A stretch of 64,000 nucleotides of DNA from Alphaproteobacteria bacterium (GTDB lineage: Bacteria > Pseudomonadota > Alphaproteobacteria > Caedimonadales > UBA9215), in assembly GCA_024281375.1 (NCBI GenBank), contig JAJSAD010000041.1, positions 19,397 through 83,396 on the forward strand, given 5' to 3'. The notes below the pieces were generated by a model that was not told the origin of the DNA, searched no databases, and saw nothing but the letters and a program-made list of their open reading frames with translations. This document shows positions 1 to 7,362 of the stretch, one piece after another. The number at the start of each line of letters is the position of its first letter. Position 1 is the first letter of the stretch. A program made the translations under genes and the position numbers.

Positions 1-1
1 T

Positions 2-577
2 TTCTCCGAAGAAGTTTTAGAGACCCACCCTGGGGCGACCATTATTGCAGATATTAAAACGAGCCAGCGGCTTTTTGATACCATCAAAGACCTTGGTGGG
101 GAGCCCCTTATGTGGCGCACAGGGCATTCTCACATTAAAAAGAAAATGCGTGAAATCCAAAGTCCTTTGGGGGGCGAGATGAGTGGTCATATCTTCTTTG
201 CCGATCGCTACTATGGATATGATGATGCCCTTTATGCGGCCTTGCGTTTTATCGGGATCATGAATAAAAAAGGTATTAAACTGTCACAGTGGATTGATGC
301 TTTACCACCTGTGTTTAACACGCCTGAAATTCGTATTCCCTGTGAAGAGCTTGATAAATTTGAGGTTGCTAATAAGATCAAAGCTTGCCTTGATCAAGAG
401 GGGGTGCCTTACAGTGATATTGATGGGGTGCGGGTCTCAACGGATAAGGGCTGGTGGCTTTTGCGAGCATCCAACACTCAAGAAATCTTAGTCGCAAGGG
501 CCGAAGCAGATTCCCAAGAAGAATTGGATAAGTCCCTTGATGCTATTGAATATTACCTCAAGCGTGCCGGCATATAG
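2..577 (+). CDS. phosphoglucomutase/phosphomannomutase (alpha-D-phosphohexomutase family), C-terminal part; 5' end outside window
   Basis: The frame is open from the window edge, and the listed ORF 110..577 is only its Met-initiated tail. GGEMSGHIFF matches the GGE-x-SGH sugar-phosphate loop, followed by the C-terminal domain. Stop TAG at 575-577. Confidence 0.85.
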   Translation, partial: FSEEVLETHPGATIIADIKTSQRLFDTIKDLGGEPLMWRTGHSHIKKKMREIQSPLGGEMSGHIFFADRYYGYDDALYAALRFIGIMNKKGIKLSQWIDALPPVFNTPEIRIPCEELDKFEVANKIKACLDQEGVPYSDIDGVRVSTDKGWWLLRASNTQEILVARAEADSQEELDKSLDAIEYYLKRAGI

Positions 578-695
578 TATTTTACCTTTGCGCCGACACT
601 TTGTTCCTGCACTCCGCGCCTATAAACATAGGCGTTGTCGCTGGCGCCTCGTGTCAACACAAACTTAAAACACTCTAGAACAAGGGGCATAAGAA

Positions 696-1103
696 ATGCG
701 TCAACTTTACTCTTTCGAGCGCACCACCGATGATATTCGTATTAGCGTCACACCAGTTTTTATGGATGAGGAATCGGACCCCCTCAAACATTTTTATCTA
801 TGGGCTTATCAAGTACGTATTGAAAATCTTGGCTCTGAGTCCATCACGATTTTAGATCGTCAGTGGCATGTCATTGATGGGCTGGGGGCTACACAAGATA
901 TTGTGGGGACGGGTGTTTTCAAAGACCGTCCTTCTCTTCATCCGGGGGATTCCTTTGAATACACTAATACCATTCCCCTTTCAACAACGTCTGGTTTTAT
1001 AACAGGGAAATATGCTCTTGAGAGACCTTCTGGGATTTTTATTGAAATAAGTGCACCAACTTTTTCTCTAGATAGTCCTTATCATCAAAAAACCTTGAAT
1101 TAG
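696..1103 (+). CDS. apaG: ApaG (DUF525) protein
   Basis: 135 aa with an ApaG-type sequence: ISVTPVFMDEESDP, YLWAYQVRIENLG, WHVIDG, PSLHPGDSFEY. Confidence 0.85.
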   Translation: MRQLYSFERTTDDIRISVTPVFMDEESDPLKHFYLWAYQVRIENLGSESITILDRQWHVIDGLGATQDIVGTGVFKDRPSLHPGDSFEYTNTIPLSTTSGFITGKYALERPSGIFIEISAPTFSLDSPYHQKTLN

Positions 1104-1380
1104 CCTTTGTTTAAGGCAACAAATCAAAAAAATAACTTTTTTCAACGGGTTAAGTAGATCATTTTAACCTTCTTCTTTTTCATAATATTGGTTAAACCCT
1201 TACACATAAATATTTTAAGTCTTTGAATAGATACAATTCTATTGTTCATTAACCAAAATGAAACATAAAACTAATCTATAGTAACGAATATTATATTTTT
1301 ATTTGTATTTATTTGAGGTTTAAATTTAAGAAGCTTTCATTTAGCCCTGACATTCTAAGACTGTAAGCAGGAGAAAACAA

Positions 1381-1743
1381 ATGAAAGCCTTATCACACCT
1401 AACACTCACCGCTTTTATGAGTATGATGCTCTTTATAAGCCCATCTCATAAAGTCAAAGCCTCAGAAGCAATTATGGGCATACAAATAGCGGGAGAGACT
1501 CTTAAAGCCGCAATGCCACTTATAAAGCCCCTTACAAAAATAGGGTTTAAAGGCCTTAAAAAAGGAGTCAAAAAATCTATTGCTCTTGGAAAATATCTTA
1601 AGAACTATCGGGCTAATCGAAAGCATAAAAATTGGACCCCTTTTTGGGTGGATCGCTCTCCAAAGGAGGATAATCCCCAAGAAGTTCCCCTGATAAACCT
1701 TAGAACGTCACGCCTTATCATTGAAGAAGAGGAAGATTTTTAA
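1381..1743 (+). CDS. hypothetical secreted lysine-rich protein
   Basis: 120 aa with an N-terminal signal-like hydrophobic segment (cleavage-like KVKASEA), a very basic centre and an acidic tail EEEEDF. GGAG lies 8 nt upstream of the ATG. It follows a strongly AT-rich 277-bp intergenic region. No family recognised. Confidence 0.5.
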   Translation: MKALSHLTLTAFMSMMLFISPSHKVKASEAIMGIQIAGETLKAAMPLIKPLTKIGFKGLKKGVKKSIALGKYLKNYRANRKHKNWTPFWVDRSPKEDNPQEVPLINLRTSRLIIEEEEDF

Positions 1744-1818
1744 ACCCTTCACCTCCCAATATTATCTCCCCTTAAAGAAGGTCAAGGAAAATGGCCTTTT
1801 TTCTTATTTTTTTATCTC

Positions 1819-1850
1819 TTGACCTTGGTCCCTGGTCCAGGGTGTATAAT
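1819..1850 (+). promoter_or_regulatory. MerR-type promoter/operator of the mer operon
   Basis: TTGACC (1819-1824) and TATAAT (1845-1850) are separated by an over-long 20-bp spacer. The spacer contains the perfect palindrome CCCTGG-T-CCAGGG (1830-1842). The site lies 21 bp upstream of the merR ATG. Confidence 0.6.
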
Positions 1851-1870
1851 GAAGTTATAGGGAGAAAAAA

Positions 1871-2284
1871 ATGAGCGTTTTTACCATCGGAAAACTTGCA
1901 AAGGTATGTGATGTTAACATTGATACCGTGCGATATTATGAAAAAGTTGGGCTTCTTTTTCCTTGGGGTCGAAGCACGTCAGGCTATCGTCTTTATAATG
2001 CTCATAGTCAAGGTATTTTGCAGTTTATTCGTCATGCACAGCATATTGGTTTTAGCCTGGCAGATATCAAAAGTTTATTGATCTTAAACGATATGCCTTT
2101 CAATAAATGTGAAAGAGTTCAAAAGACAATTCAAGAGAAAATCTACCTTATCGAGGAAAAAGAACGAGATCTTCAGCGCATTAAAGATGCTTTGAAAGAA
2201 GTGTATAACTCATGTCGTAAAGATCAGATTTCTCAAAAAACATGTGGGTTTTTGGAAAATTACAATCAGGGACAAAAGACATGA
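1871..2284 (+). CDS. merR: MerR-family Hg(II)-responsive transcriptional regulator
   Basis: N-terminal HTH (FTIGKLAKVCDVNIDTVRYYEKVGLL). Cys80, Cys115 and Cys125 are spaced like the three Hg-ligand cysteines of Tn501/Tn21 MerR. The stop overlaps the merT start (ATGA at 2281-2284). Confidence 0.8.
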   Translation: MSVFTIGKLAKVCDVNIDTVRYYEKVGLLFPWGRSTSGYRLYNAHSQGILQFIRHAQHIGFSLADIKSLLILNDMPFNKCERVQKTIQEKIYLIEEKERDLQRIKDALKEVYNSCRKDQISQKTCGFLENYNQGQKT

Positions 2285-2682
2285 CAATGGACAAAAGTAA
2301 CATTTCACAAACCAAGAATAAAACCAAGGGGACTCTTAAATGGACCTTGGGGGCTGGAATCTTGGCTGCCCTTGCGTCAACCCTTTGTTGCATTCTCCCT
2401 CTCGTGCTTTTTATGTTGGGTATTAGTGGGGCTTGGATTGGGAATTTGACAGCTCTTGCGCCTTATCGCCCTTATTTTTTAACAACAGCGATTATCTTGG
2501 TTCTTTATGGGTTTTGGAAAGTGTATAAAAAGCCCGCTGCCAAAGATTGTAAACCTGGAACCTATTGTGCTTTACCAGCCTCAGATCGTTTAAACAAAGT
2601 TATGCTTTGGGTTACGGCAAGTATCATTTTATTAACGCTTCTTTACCCTTATGTAGCCCCTATGATTTTAAAACAACTTTAA
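2281..2682 (+). CDS. merT: mercuric ion transport protein MerT
   Basis: CC pair in TM1 (ASTLCCILPLVL), GAWIGNLTALAPYRP, and a second Cys pair CKPGTYC, collinear with Tn501 MerT. Start chosen at ATG 2281 (AGGGA upstream); the listed ORF begins at 2242. Confidence 0.85.
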   Translation: MTMDKSNISQTKNKTKGTLKWTLGAGILAALASTLCCILPLVLFMLGISGAWIGNLTALAPYRPYFLTTAIILVLYGFWKVYKKPAAKDCKPGTYCALPASDRLNKVMLWVTASIILLTLLYPYVAPMILKQL

Positions 2683-2698
2683 GAAAAGGAAGAAAAAC

Positions 2699-3025
2699 AT
2701 GACTTATTTTTTAACAGCCTTAACAGTCTTTTTATTTCTGGAAAAGACAACACCAGCTAGGGCTATTGAGGTGATTTCTGTTTCTGCAAAACAGTCGTCT
2801 TCTTTAAAAACGATAACCCTTGAGGTGCCTGGAATGACTTGTGTGACGTGCCCGTACACAGTACGTAAAAGTCTTGAAGTTCTTGAGGGGGTCAAGGCTG
2901 TTAAAACATCCTTTGATTCTAAAACAACTGTGGTGACTTTTGATCCTACGAAAACAACGGTTCAAAAGCTCATAAAAACGACGACCAATGTTGGTTATGC
3001 ATCTACTTTGAAAAAGGAAAATTAA
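2699..3025 (+). CDS. merP: periplasmic mercuric ion binding protein MerP
   Basis: Signal peptide followed by an HMA domain with GMTCVTCP, collinear with Tn501 MerP (VVTFD..VQKL..GY). Confidence 0.85.
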   Translation: MTYFLTALTVFLFLEKTTPARAIEVISVSAKQSSSLKTITLEVPGMTCVTCPYTVRKSLEVLEGVKAVKTSFDSKTTVVTFDPTKTTVQKLIKTTTNVGYASTLKKEN

Positions 3026-3028
3026 GTC

Positions 3029-4447
3029 ATGTCTGATAGCTGTGCCCTTGATAAAACCCCTGATCTTCTTATCATTGGCGCAGGATCTGCTGGTTTTTCT
3101 GCTGCTATTACAGCAGCTGAAGAAGGGGCTTCTGTTGTGATGGTTGGAGAAGATATTATTGGAGGAACTTGTGTTAATACGGGATGTATTCCCTCAAAGA
3201 CCCTAATTAGGGCCACAGAAACTTTATATCAAGCCAAACAAGCTTCTCGATTTCAAGGGATTGAGGCCAATGCTCACCTTACCAGTTGGGCGGCGTTGGT
3301 TAAACAAAAACAGAAGTTAGTAGAGACGTTAAGAGCTACTAAATACACTGATATTCTTGAGGCCTATCCAACGATTCATTATGTGGAGGGTCGGGGAAAA
3401 TTTGTTTCTGGAGGTATTCAGGTTGGTAAGGTTTTATACACTCCTAAAAAAGTGATCATTGCAACAGGGGCCTCAGCATCTGTACCACCCATTGAAGGCA
3501 TAGAACACGTTCCTTATTTAACCAATGTGAGTGCCCTTGATCTTGACAAACAACCAAAGTCTCTTTTGGTTATTGGGGGTGGTGTTATTGGTGTTGAGCT
3601 TTCTCAGATGTTTGTGAGAGCCGGAACAAAGGTGCATATTTGTTGTCGCAGCCATTTGCTTCCCACAACGGAACCAGAAATAAGTGCTGCCCTTGTAAGT
3701 TATTTGCAAGAAGAAGATATAAATGTTTATGAAGGTATTGCTTATCAGAAAATTGAAAAAATGGGAAACGGTATTAAACTCACCTACGTAAAAGAAGGCT
3801 CTGTTTCGATCATCGAAGCTGAGTATGTTCTAGTGGCAACGGGTCGCAAGCCTAACACAGATAATATGGGGTTGGAAAAGGCCGGTATAGAGCTTTTGAG
3901 AAATGAGGGTATCAAAACAAATTCTTATAAACAAACGACTAAAGAAGGTGTTTATGCCATTGGTGATGTTACTGGAACAGATATGTTTGTTTACATGGCA
4001 GCCTATGGTGGAAAAATTGCCGCGAAAAATGCGCTTCACGGTCAGAGGTTTTCCTATGATAATCAGATAATGCCAACGGTTGTTTTTTCTGATCCACAGG
4101 TCGCTGACGTAGGGTTAACAGAACGTCATGCCAGGTCTTTGGGACACAGTGTAAAAACGAGTATCCTCACCCTTGACCATGTACCACGGTACATTGCAGC
4201 ACGAGATACAAGAGGGTTGATTAAGCTTGTTGCAAATTCAGAAACCAATAAATTGCTGGGCGCTCATATTTTAGCACCAGAAGCAGGCGATCTTATTCAA
4301 ACTTGTGTTTTTGCTTTAAAGGGTGGGCTCACTATTAGTGAAATAGCAGAGACAATTTATCCCTATTTAACGGGTGCTGAAGGGATTAAACTTGCCGCTC
4401 AAATTTTTGATAAAGATATTCAAAAACTCTCTTGTTGTGCGGGATAG
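3029..4447 (+). CDS. merA: mercuric reductase MerA (core enzyme, no N-terminal HMA/NmerA domain)
   Basis: FAD motif IIGAGSAGFSAA, redox-active GGTCVNTGCIPSK, and the diagnostic C-terminal Cys pair in ..KLSCCAG. 472 aa. Confidence 0.9.
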   Translation: MSDSCALDKTPDLLIIGAGSAGFSAAITAAEEGASVVMVGEDIIGGTCVNTGCIPSKTLIRATETLYQAKQASRFQGIEANAHLTSWAALVKQKQKLVETLRATKYTDILEAYPTIHYVEGRGKFVSGGIQVGKVLYTPKKVIIATGASASVPPIEGIEHVPYLTNVSALDLDKQPKSLLVIGGGVIGVELSQMFVRAGTKVHICCRSHLLPTTEPEISAALVSYLQEEDINVYEGIAYQKIEKMGNGIKLTYVKEGSVSIIEAEYVLVATGRKPNTDNMGLEKAGIELLRNEGIKTNSYKQTTKEGVYAIGDVTGTDMFVYMAAYGGKIAAKNALHGQRFSYDNQIMPTVVFSDPQVADVGLTERHARSLGHSVKTSILTLDHVPRYIAARDTRGLIKLVANSETNKLLGAHILAPEAGDLIQTCVFALKGGLTISEIAETIYPYLTGAEGIKLAAQIFDKDIQKLSCCAG

Positions 4448-4498
4448 GAACTTACCGCCCATCAGTTTTCTTCTAGAAAGCTGTAAAGGGGCTCCTTC

Positions 4499-4530
4499 GG
4501 TAATCCCCCCATTTATAAGGGGAGATTACC
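4499..4530 (+). terminator. stem-loop downstream of merA (possible terminator, no T-tract)
   Basis: GGTAATCCCC...GGGGAGATTACC forms an 11-bp stem with one bulge, about 50 nt after the merA stop. No U-run follows. Confidence 0.25.
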
Positions 4531-4769
4531 CTTGAGTTCACCCTCTTTTCTAAAATTGCAATCTAGGGTTGCGTCATTGCTATTTGCGTTTTTTGACAAA
4601 ATGTCATTATATGCAAACAATAAATAAAAAGTTATATGAGTGAAAAACAATATTGCAATAAGTGCAACGTAACCATGCGTTATTGAAAGTTGTTTTTTTG
4701 ACAATTAATAACTATATATAAATAGCAAACAAACAAATAATTTATTTTTAGATTAATAAGAGGATTAAT

Positions 4770-5600
4770 ATGATGACTAAAAAACATTTTTATGCAATTT
4801 TATTGGGTTCAACAGCCTTGGCGAGCTCAATTAGTTTTAACGCAATGGCGGACCATGGTATTGAACCTGTTTCAGCCTACAGTGAACTCGATATGGAGAA
4901 TGCTGGTTTTTTGAGAAAAGCTTGGGAAGCAGCCCCAGATCTTGGTATTGTCGAGGCTGTAAAAGGTAAAGTCGGTGGTATTCTGCAAAACCGTGCCGAA
5001 GCGAAATTAGAAGATGTTTCTGGTGAGCTGGCCAAAAAAGTTAAGAGCTTGATTCATAAAGAAATTTATCGCTTAAAAGACCGTCATGTTGTTGGTCTTG
5101 AGGGTGAAAATATTGGCTTTGTTGAGATGAATGATTCTCGACTTGTGCGTTCTATTATTCAAAAAGCAACAGGCGTTGAGCTTGAATCACTTTTTGATGT
5201 TGGACTTGGAACAAAAGCTGTTTCTAAGTTCTTACTGAATAAATTAGAGAACTATATTGCTGGACTTTTAGAAGATGGTATCCAAAGCAAAGTTGAGCAA
5301 TACACTCATAATGCGGTGATGGCGTCCCTTGGGATGGCTCTGAACGTTGGAGAGCAAAAGCTAGCAACTTATTTTGACCAGCCTGAAATTGTTAAGCCTG
5401 TTAAACTTGCCTTAACTTCTGAGGAAACGACTGAGAATGCCGACCTACAAGAAGAGCTTGAGAATAATACGCACCTTCAAAAATTGACAGAAGGTATTAA
5501 AGCACAGATTTCTCTTTGGTTCTTGGGTGTTGCTGAAGATACAGCTCATACCTTAACAGATTGGGCTGCCAATGAGATCATGAACAAGACAGCCAGATAA
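4770..5600 (+). CDS. hypothetical secreted protein (first segment of a 1.5-kb frame interrupted by stops)
   Basis: 276 aa with a signal peptide (LLGSTALASSISFNAMA) and AAGAGGA upstream of the ATG. It ends at TAA 5598-5600, and the same frame continues (see findings). Confidence 0.6.
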   Translation: MMTKKHFYAILLGSTALASSISFNAMADHGIEPVSAYSELDMENAGFLRKAWEAAPDLGIVEAVKGKVGGILQNRAEAKLEDVSGELAKKVKSLIHKEIYRLKDRHVVGLEGENIGFVEMNDSRLVRSIIQKATGVELESLFDVGLGTKAVSKFLLNKLENYIAGLLEDGIQSKVEQYTHNAVMASLGMALNVGEQKLATYFDQPEIVKPVKLALTSEETTENADLQEELENNTHLQKLTEGIKAQISLWFLGVAEDTAHTLTDWAANEIMNKTAR

Positions 5601-5606
5601 ATTCAA

Positions 5607-5849
5607 GTGGGTGCCACGGCCGCTGGCGGTATTGTTGCCTATTCCACTGGTTTAGGGGGGCTTTATGCTCTTGCAACGGGTATTGATGCACAAGTGTCTG
5701 ATGCAAAGAATCCTTCCTATATGGGTCAGTTTGTCGATTGGGCTTGGGGTAAAGAAAAGCGTCAGGGACAAATGCAATCTGCAACAGAAACACAGGCAAA
5801 CCACTTTATACATCAAGCTTATGGTAAAGTCTTTGGTGACCTAGAATAG
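5607..5849 (+). CDS. hypothetical glycine-zipper-like small protein (second segment of the same frame)
   Basis: 80 codons from GTG 5607, in the same frame as 4770..5600. Contains the Gly/Ala-rich hydrophobic stretch GATAAGGIVAYSTGLGGLYALATG. No obvious SD, so independent expression is doubtful. Confidence 0.35.
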   Translation: MGATAAGGIVAYSTGLGGLYALATGIDAQVSDAKNPSYMGQFVDWAWGKEKRQGQMQSATETQANHFIHQAYGKVFGDLE

Positions 5850-5888
5850 CACCTTGAAATTGTTCATGGTAAATATGCCATTACGGAA

Positions 5889-6278
5889 TTGAACGATCCT
5901 GAGTTCAACGGCTGGATGACCATGGATAAAGTTTCCGATGGTTTTAGTGTTATTGAGGAAATTTCTGGTATTGGAAGCGACATTGCGTCAGCTGTTGCCA
6001 AAAAAGTTTCTGAGGCAGCGGTTGTTGTGAAAGACACAGCAGTTGCCACAGCAACGATTGTAAAGGATGTTGCCCGTGCCCTACCAAAGAAAATTGAAGC
6101 TGATAATAACTATATGGCTGACGTTGCTGAACAACGTGGGGGTGGTATTCTAGATTATGCAGGTGTTTTCTTTGACGCAATGGGGCCTGGTATTGATGAA
6201 GATCTTGAAGAAGAAGTTGTTAAAGAAACAGTAACTCCTACTCAAAAATCATCTTGGTGGAATCCCCTTTCTTGGTAA
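5889..6278 (+). CDS. hypothetical acidic protein (third segment of the same frame)
   Basis: Same frame again after TAG 5847-5849. TTG at 5889, with ATG alternatives at 5916 and 5922. A strong hairpin follows. Confidence 0.4.
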   Translation: MNDPEFNGWMTMDKVSDGFSVIEEISGIGSDIASAVAKKVSEAAVVVKDTAVATATIVKDVARALPKKIEADNNYMADVAEQRGGGILDYAGVFFDAMGPGIDEDLEEEVVKETVTPTQKSSWWNPLSW

Positions 6279-6296
6279 TAGGGTTCCTAAACTGAA

Positions 6297-6340
6297 ATGC
6301 AATTCCTTCGGTGCTATAACACTGAAGGAATTGCACTTTA
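6297..6340 (+). terminator. intrinsic-terminator-like hairpin
   Basis: TGCAATTCCTTCGGTG / CACTGAAGGAATTGCA forms a 16-bp stem with one mismatch and a 6-nt loop, followed by CTTTAAAA. It lies 19 nt after the stop at 6278. Confidence 0.6.
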
Positions 6341-6372
6341 AAACACACACACTCATCTTCCTGTACCGATTA

Positions 6373-6405
6373 TATAGTCGATTCAATAAAGTCCCAGACG
6401 TCGTT
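6373..6405 (-). repeat. half copy of the TATAGT-arm palindromic element (family Y)
   Basis: TATAGTCGATTCAATAAAGTCCCAG + ACGTCGTT is the reverse complement of the right arm plus the last 8 nt of the core seen at 43407-43439 and 59310-59342. Confidence 0.7.
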
Positions 6406-6409
6406 ATTT

Positions 6410-6527
6410 GGGCTCTTCCCCAGTTACGGGGGCGTCTACTTCATACGTAAGGACATTATGACTTTGGGATGTGTCGCCGTTTTGCCAATAAAGATACTTA
6501 GCCACAGTTTGAAAAAGGAGGGGTATA
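6410..6527 (+). repeat. 5'-truncated copy of the MITE-like element (family X)
   Basis: Aligns by eye with 40270-40356 and with the reverse complement of 59092-59200 (..CGTCTACTTCATACGTAAGGACATTATGACTTTGGGATGTGTCGCCGTTTTGCCAATAAAGATACTT..GGGGTATA). Confidence 0.7.
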
Positions 6528-6615
6528 TACACATCCAAGCCTTTGCTTCCTTGCTGATGGCGTTTGTTCATAAAAATGAACTTATTTTTTAGAAGGGGAA
6601 GGAAATCACTATAAA

Positions 6616-6700
6616 TGGTGCCCCCGGGGAGAGTCGAACTCCCACTCCCGAAGGAAGAAGATTTTGAGTCTACCGCGTCTACCAATTCCGCCACAGGGGC
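6616..6700 (-). tRNA. tRNA-Leu (anticodon CAA), CCA encoded
   Basis: Reverse complement folds as GCCCCTG-TG-GCGGAATTGGTAGACGC-G-GTAGA-CTCAAAA-TCTTC-TTCCTTCGGGAGT (13-nt variable arm)-GGGAG-TTCGACT-CTCCC-CGGGGGC-A-CCA. 85 nt, with one U-U mismatch in the anticodon stem. Collinear with E. coli tRNA-Leu(CAA). Confidence 0.9.
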
Positions 6701-6776
6701 ACATCATTTATCCTCGCATCATAGCGAAAAACCCTCAAGAATCAACCAAAAAGTGTTTATAGAACCCTCTTTCATT

Positions 6777-6921
6777 CAGGACCACCTCATGAAAAAAATA
6801 AGATATTACTAAACCTCAATAATACTTAAGAAAGAGAAGAATGCCACTTCGAATTGAGTTTTTCTCTTCCTCCCACACCCCCATTTTTTTGACTAATAGA
6901 CCACACTACCCGCCCCTTTTT
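6777..6921 (+). repeat. family Z repeat, copy a
   Basis: CAGGACCACCTCATGAAAAAAA..AGATATTAC..CAATAATACTTAAGAAAGAGAAGAATGCCACTTCGAATTGAG..TTTTTGACTAATAGAC matches 35114-35239 closely by eye. It ends in CACTACCCGCCCCTTTT. Confidence 0.75.
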
Positions 6922-7156
6922 ATTTACTTCCTTTTTTTCCACCCTTCTCCTCTCCTTCTCTTTCTGCCTTTAGTCTGCCTATTTCTTGACTAATAGTCAT
7001 TAATAAAGATAAAAATTCCTATATGTCAAAAATCACACGGAAGGGGCAAGGGGGTTTTAGAGAAGAAAGAGGAAGTTTTCTTGCGGAAAGGGGAACAAGG
7101 GAAGAGCCGGAGGCGGGAGAACGAGGGAAGGGTTTAAATCATACAGCCTTTTTTTT

Positions 7157-7294
7157 AAAAGGGGCGGGTAGTGTACAAGTAGACATTTTTTATAAATATT
7201 TTTACTATTTATCAAGAAATTGAACAACATGGGAAGGAGGAGAAAAAGAAAAAAGGTGAAAAGTGGATGGTAAGATTTTCATGAGGTAGCCCTG
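7157..7294 (-). repeat. family Z repeat, copy b (inverted relative to copy a)
   Basis: AAAAGGGGCGGGTAGTGT (7157-7174) is the exact reverse complement of ACACTACCCGCCCCTTTT (6903-6920). TTTTCATGAGGTAGCCCTG (7276-7294) is the inverted counterpart of CAGGACCACCTCATGAAAA (6777-). The interior is more diverged, with indels. Confidence 0.65.
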
Positions 7295-7362
7295 CCTCTT
7301 TCATTCCCTCTTATTGAAAAAGAGATAAAGATGATCTAAGGTAAAGCAACTATCTATGAGAG

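Noticed and set aside
4513-4704. 63-aa minus-strand ORF with one hydrophobic segment between merA and the orphan gene
   Set aside because: It has a TTG start, no SD and AT-rich low-complexity sequence, and it overlaps the likely promoter region of the 4770 gene. There is insufficient support to call it.
6404-6812. Listed ORFs 6404..6694 (-) and 6615..6812 (+)
   Set aside because: Both run through the tRNA-Leu gene and the repeat fragments. The ELVDAVDSKS-type peptide is the familiar spurious translation of a tRNA-Leu gene. Neither ORF has an RBS or coding character.
6841-6993. 50-codon ORF starting at the conserved ATG inside the Z repeat
   Set aside because: The equivalent ATG in the copy at 35180 opens only an 18-codon frame with a different sequence after codon 10. 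Conservation is at the nucleotide level, not the protein level.
7023-7223. 66-aa ORF in the purine-rich tract (MSKITRKGQGGFREERG...)
   Set aside because: It is a by-product of the polypurine repeat (GGAAGGGG, GAGAAGAAAGAGG) and is not conserved in the other repeat copy. It has no RBS.
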